A stretch of 20,078 nt of DNA, from NCBI GenBank assembly GCA_043824255.1, contig JBDRTG010000017.1:1-20078 (forward strand). The letters are read 5' to 3'. The notes under the pieces are model-generated. The model was not told the origin of the DNA. It ran no database searches and saw only the letters and a list, made by a program, of their open reading frames with translations. The stretch comes from a bacterium. Its GTDB lineage: Bacteria > JAHJDO01. Of this stretch, positions 17,469-20,078 are shown piece after piece. The first letter of the stretch is position 1. Every line of letters starts with the position of its first letter. A program made the translations under genes and the position numbers.

Positions 17469-18181
17469 GGATAAAGAATATGACAATATTTAACCAGATC
17501 TTTTACACTTAATTGCCCGCAAGCGACAGGTTGATCTATGAATCCATATGTAAGACAAGATCCAAATAGAAACCCAGCCAGTCTGGACATTGCACCAAAG
17601 TAGCCCATTGACATAACAGATATCTTTGTTTTCTCCCAGTTGGAGCAAAAATTCAGTAATCTCCTTACTTCTTCCATATTGTTTGCCATTGCTGCAATCT
17701 TCAGAATATCACATCCCAACCCGCATGCTTTTTCTGCCTGATTTTTCAAGTAAGGCAATGCAGGTGTCTTCTCAAAATTGTGGTAAGAAAGAATTACCTT
17801 TTTATTCCGTGTTTTGGCAAGTTCTATCACCTCAGAATTTATGCGATCTGAACTAATTTCAATATCTACTAAATCTGTTTCTGAAATAGCTTCCCTGAAA
17901 ACATCAAGACGTCTGCCATCAGCTATTTTCGCCATGCCCCCCTCGTTTGAGGAACGTATAGTAAGAATAACAGGTAATTTAACTTCTTTCTTTAATTGTT
18001 TTATAACAGAGCTTGCTTTTTCTCCAGTATGATAACAGCGCTCCAGCATATCAACACGAAGCTCCAGGATGTCTGCGCCAAGTTTTTGCGCTGATTGAGC
18101 AGTTTCTACAGAAGCCTTATTAAGCACTGCTACAACACAGGGTCTAGTTCCTAAATTTTCTAGTAACGCCTCATTCTTCAT
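17465..18181 (-). CDS. aroD: Type I 3-dehydroquinate dehydratase
   Basis: GADILELRVD, ILTIRS..EGG, VDIE, SYHNF..TP (catalytic His), DILKIA (Schiff-base Lys), MSMG..G..SR, GQL. Confidence 0.94.
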   Translation of the reverse strand: MKNEALLENLGTRPCVVAVLNKASVETAQSAQKLGADILELRVDMLERCYHTGEKASSVIKQLKKEVKLPVILTIRSSNEGGMAKIADGRRLDVFREAISETDLVDIEISSDRINSEVIELAKTRNKKVILSYHNFEKTPALPYLKNQAEKACGLGCDILKIAAMANNMEEVRRLLNFCSNWEKTKISVMSMGYFGAMSRLAGFLFGSCLTYGFIDQPVACGQLSVKDLVKYCHILYP

Positions 18182-18213
18182 CGCTAGTTATATACTCTCA
18201 TTACTCCACAGTA

Positions 18214-18243
18214 AGTATATTTAAATAATTTAAGTTAAGTCAA
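18214..18243 (-). promoter_or_regulatory. Sigma70-type promoter for aroD
   Basis: Minus strand: TTGACT (18243-18238), 18-nt spacer, TATACT (18219-18214). Confidence 0.65.
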
Positions 18244-18256
18244 GTACATTTATCGC

Positions 18257-18316
18257 TTGACAAGAAATAAACAATAAGGTAAACCTGTATTAAATTTGTA
18301 AGATAATAATACAAAT
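18257..18316 (+). promoter_or_regulatory. Putative promoter and operator for the second GntR-LacI regulator
   Basis: TTGACA (18257-18262), 17-nt spacer, weak -10 TAAACC (18280-18285); inverted repeats ATTTGTA-N9-TACAAAT (18294-18316) and TGTATTA...TAATACA (18286-18313). Confidence 0.5.
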
Positions 18317-18341
18317 ACAAACCAGAAAGCAGGGAAATGGC

Positions 18342-19448
18342 ATGGTGTCAGAAATTAGAGGCTTATTAAAAAGCAAGGAACTGAAAGAGCGGATTGCTGA
18401 GCTTATATTAAAAGAAAAGTTACAGGCTGGAGATCCTATTTTATCAGAAAACAAACTCGCTTCGCAGTATAAGGTCAGTCGTATTACGGTAAGAAGCGCT
18501 ATTTCAGAACTGGTTAGTAAGAACGTGCTTTTTGCAGAAAAAGGCAAGGGAACATTTGTTGCCAATCCTTATAATTTAAATAGGAAGGATAATCAACCCC
18601 TTTTAACCAAAACGATAGGATTAATTGTTCCCGCAATAAATGTGTCTTATTTTTCCGATATTGCCCGTGGAGTAGAGGATGCAGGAAATAAAAAAGGATA
18701 TCATATTATCTTTTGCAATTCAGACGATAAATTGGAAAAAGAAAAAACGTATATGCAGCAACTTTATGATAAAAAAATAGACGGACTGATAATATCCCCA
18801 GCAGGATATTCTTCTAAAAACAGACATTTTGGGAAATTAATAAAGGATAAAGTTCCTTTTGTTATTATGGATATTCTTGTAGATGGAATAGATGCTGACT
18901 ATGTAGTTACTGATGATATAGATGGGAGCTACAGAGCAGTAACGCATTTAATCAATCTTGGGCATAAAAGAATAGGGCATATCAGGGGCACAAAAAATTG
19001 TTCCACTGCTGAGGAGCGGATAGAAGGATATAGAAAGGCCATTTCAGGTAGCGATCTTGAGTTTGATGAGAATTTAATACAAGGTGGTTGTTATTGGAAT
19101 CGTAGATATGGTTCTTTAGCAATGGAGAAATTCCTGAAGATGAGCCCAAGACCAACAGCAATATTTGCCGCTAATGACATTCTGGCATCGGGAGCATATG
19201 ATGCAATAATAAAAGCTAGTTTAAGAGTTCCTGAGGATATTGCGCTGGTTGGATATGCAGATTTGGCAACAAGCGCGGGAATGGATGTACCCCTAACTAC
19301 CGTACATCAGCCTGGTTATAAAATGGGCAAAGCAGCATGTGAGCTGCTTATTGAGAAAATCAAAAATAAGCATAGTGAGACAAAAAAGATAGTGTTTAAA
19401 ACTAAACTTATAATTCGGAGAAGTTGTAGTGGGAAGAGAAAACTCTAA
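18342..19448 (+). CDS. GntR-type wHTH + LacI-type sugar-binding domain transcriptional regulator (AraR-like)
   Basis: SENKLASQYKVSRITVRSAISELV...GKGTFV, then TIGLIVP, LGHKRIG, RIEGY, PTAIFAAND, VPEDIALVG, PLTTVHQP, LIIRRSC. Confidence 0.94.
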   Translation: MVSEIRGLLKSKELKERIAELILKEKLQAGDPILSENKLASQYKVSRITVRSAISELVSKNVLFAEKGKGTFVANPYNLNRKDNQPLLTKTIGLIVPAINVSYFSDIARGVEDAGNKKGYHIIFCNSDDKLEKEKTYMQQLYDKKIDGLIISPAGYSSKNRHFGKLIKDKVPFVIMDILVDGIDADYVVTDDIDGSYRAVTHLINLGHKRIGHIRGTKNCSTAEERIEGYRKAISGSDLEFDENLIQGGCYWNRRYGSLAMEKFLKMSPRPTAIFAANDILASGAYDAIIKASLRVPEDIALVGYADLATSAGMDVPLTTVHQPGYKMGKAACELLIEKIKNKHSETKKIVFKTKLIIRRSCSGKRKL

Positions 19449-19484
19449 ACAAATACAAATGACTAAAACACAAAATTCAAAACA
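19440..19484. repeat. Left arm of imperfect inverted heptamer-like repeat flanking the four-helix-bundle gene
   Basis: AAACTCTAAA (19440-19449) and AAATTCAAAA (19473-19482) are exact reverse complements of 19867-19876 and 19849-19858. Confidence 0.65.
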
Positions 19485-19824
19485 GTACGACTTAGAAGAT
19501 CGCACTCTTGAGTTTGCAAGAAGAGTGAGAGCCCTTATAAAGAAGTTACCCAAAACAATAGGAAACATTGAAGATGGAAAACAGGTTATTAGGTCATCGG
19601 GCTCAGTTGGCGCAAATTATATTGAAGCTAACGAATCATTAAGTAAGAAAGATTTCGCAATGAGAATAAAGATTTGTCGTAAAGAAGCAAAAGAAAGCCG
19701 ATATTGGTTGAACTTGATAGATACGAGAAATAATGCTGACTGTGATAAAGAAAGAATGAATTTAGACCAAGAAGCTTTAGAACTTACAAGGATTTTTGGC
19801 TCAATAGTTGAGAACTTAAAATAA
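19459..19824 (+). CDS. Four helix bundle protein (23S rRNA intervening-sequence protein family, TIGR02436-like)
   Basis: DLEDRTLEFA..V......LP, QVIRSSGSVGANYIEA, SKKDF..RIKICRKEAKESRYWL, EA.EL..IF.SI. ATG 19459 is preferred over the GTG at 19429 in the ORF track, which overlaps the regulator. Confidence 0.92.
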   Translation: MTKTQNSKQYDLEDRTLEFARRVRALIKKLPKTIGNIEDGKQVIRSSGSVGANYIEANESLSKKDFAMRIKICRKEAKESRYWLNLIDTRNNADCDKERMNLDQEALELTRIFGSIVENLK

Positions 19825-19890
19825 TGTTTAGAACATTTAGATTTAGAATTTTGAATTTATTTAGGATTTAGAGTTTAGAATTTAGGATTT
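19825..19890. repeat. Right arm: TTTAGRR heptamer tandem array
   Basis: TTTAGAA..TTTAGA TTTAGAA TTTTGAA TTTA TTTAGGA TTTAGAG TTTAGAA TTTAGGA TTT, starting right after the stop codon. Confidence 0.85.
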
Positions 19891-19917
19891 GATGTAATGA
19901 GAGGAGGTAAATTTAAA

Positions 19918-20078
19918 ATGTTAAGTAAAATAAGGAGAATTTGGGGAAAGAACGGATTTACCCTTATAGAGCTTTTGGTCGTAATAGCCATCATAGCCCT
20001 GCTTGCATCAATGCTTTTGCCTGCACTTGTAAAAGCAAGGGAGATGGGGAGGAGGACAAAATGCGTGAGTAATCTGAG
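19918..20078 (+). CDS. Prepilin-type N-terminal cleavage/methylation protein (DUF1559-like); 3' end lies outside the window
   Basis: Not in the ORF track; GAGGAGG at 19901-19907, ATG 19918: [53 protein letters not shown]. Confidence 0.92.
   Translation, partial: MLSKIRRIWGKNGFTLIELLVVIAIIALLASMLLPALVKAREMGRRTKCVSNL

Noticed and set aside
520..19568. Short ORF-track entries antisense to or overlapping the called genes (e.g. 520-732, 857-1198, 1561-1968, 4568-4885, 12954-13334, 14576-14962, 16407-16751, 19293-19568)
   Set aside because: They are shadows of well-supported genes, with no recognisable motifs.
19825..19890. CRISPR array or Rho-independent terminator
   Set aside because: The units are 7 nt with no spacers, and there is no GC-rich stem.
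19459..20078. Diversity-generating retroelement (Avd-like gene beside a pilin-like target)
   Set aside because: No reverse transcriptase and no template/variable repeat pair differing at adenines were seen. The protein fits the generic four-helix-bundle family. Sequence beyond the window is unseen.
1..20078. tRNA, rRNA, riboswitch or IS elements
   Set aside because: Intergenic gaps are at most about 160 nt and AT-rich, and I recognised no such structure or transposase.

Overview
AT-rich bacterial chromosomal window. The gene content (prepilin-like DUF1559/H-X9-DG proteins, a DUF6785-type membrane protein, GntR-LacI regulators, a V-type ATPase subunit) suggests a PVC-superphylum-related lineage; this is inference only. 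The housekeeping core (5.7-18.2 kb) has a long, tightly coupled minus-strand run: aldo/keto reductase, PAP2, pyrF, PilZ-flavodoxin fusion, pyrE, aroC, ORF6N, ogt, an isolated V-ATPase subunit D, ispD, ispF, polX. It also holds a divergent tRNA-thiolase-like gene with xseA, and aroD. Two outward-facing, paralogous accessory modules bracket the core, each arranged as GntR-LacI regulator -> one gene -> prepilin-like protein; the left module continues into a secreted carbohydrate-binding protein. The most notable signals are: (1) the repeated regulator/pseudopilin/transporter/CBM module; (2) a GC-rich hydrolase gene bounded by a perfect 17-bp direct repeat of the polX 3' end; (3) a four-helix-bundle gene inside inverted heptamer-repeat arms; (4) a second heptamer tract directly before the isolated V-ATPase D gene; (5) the PilZ-flavodoxin fusion. 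All calls come from motif recognition by eye; no database search was run.
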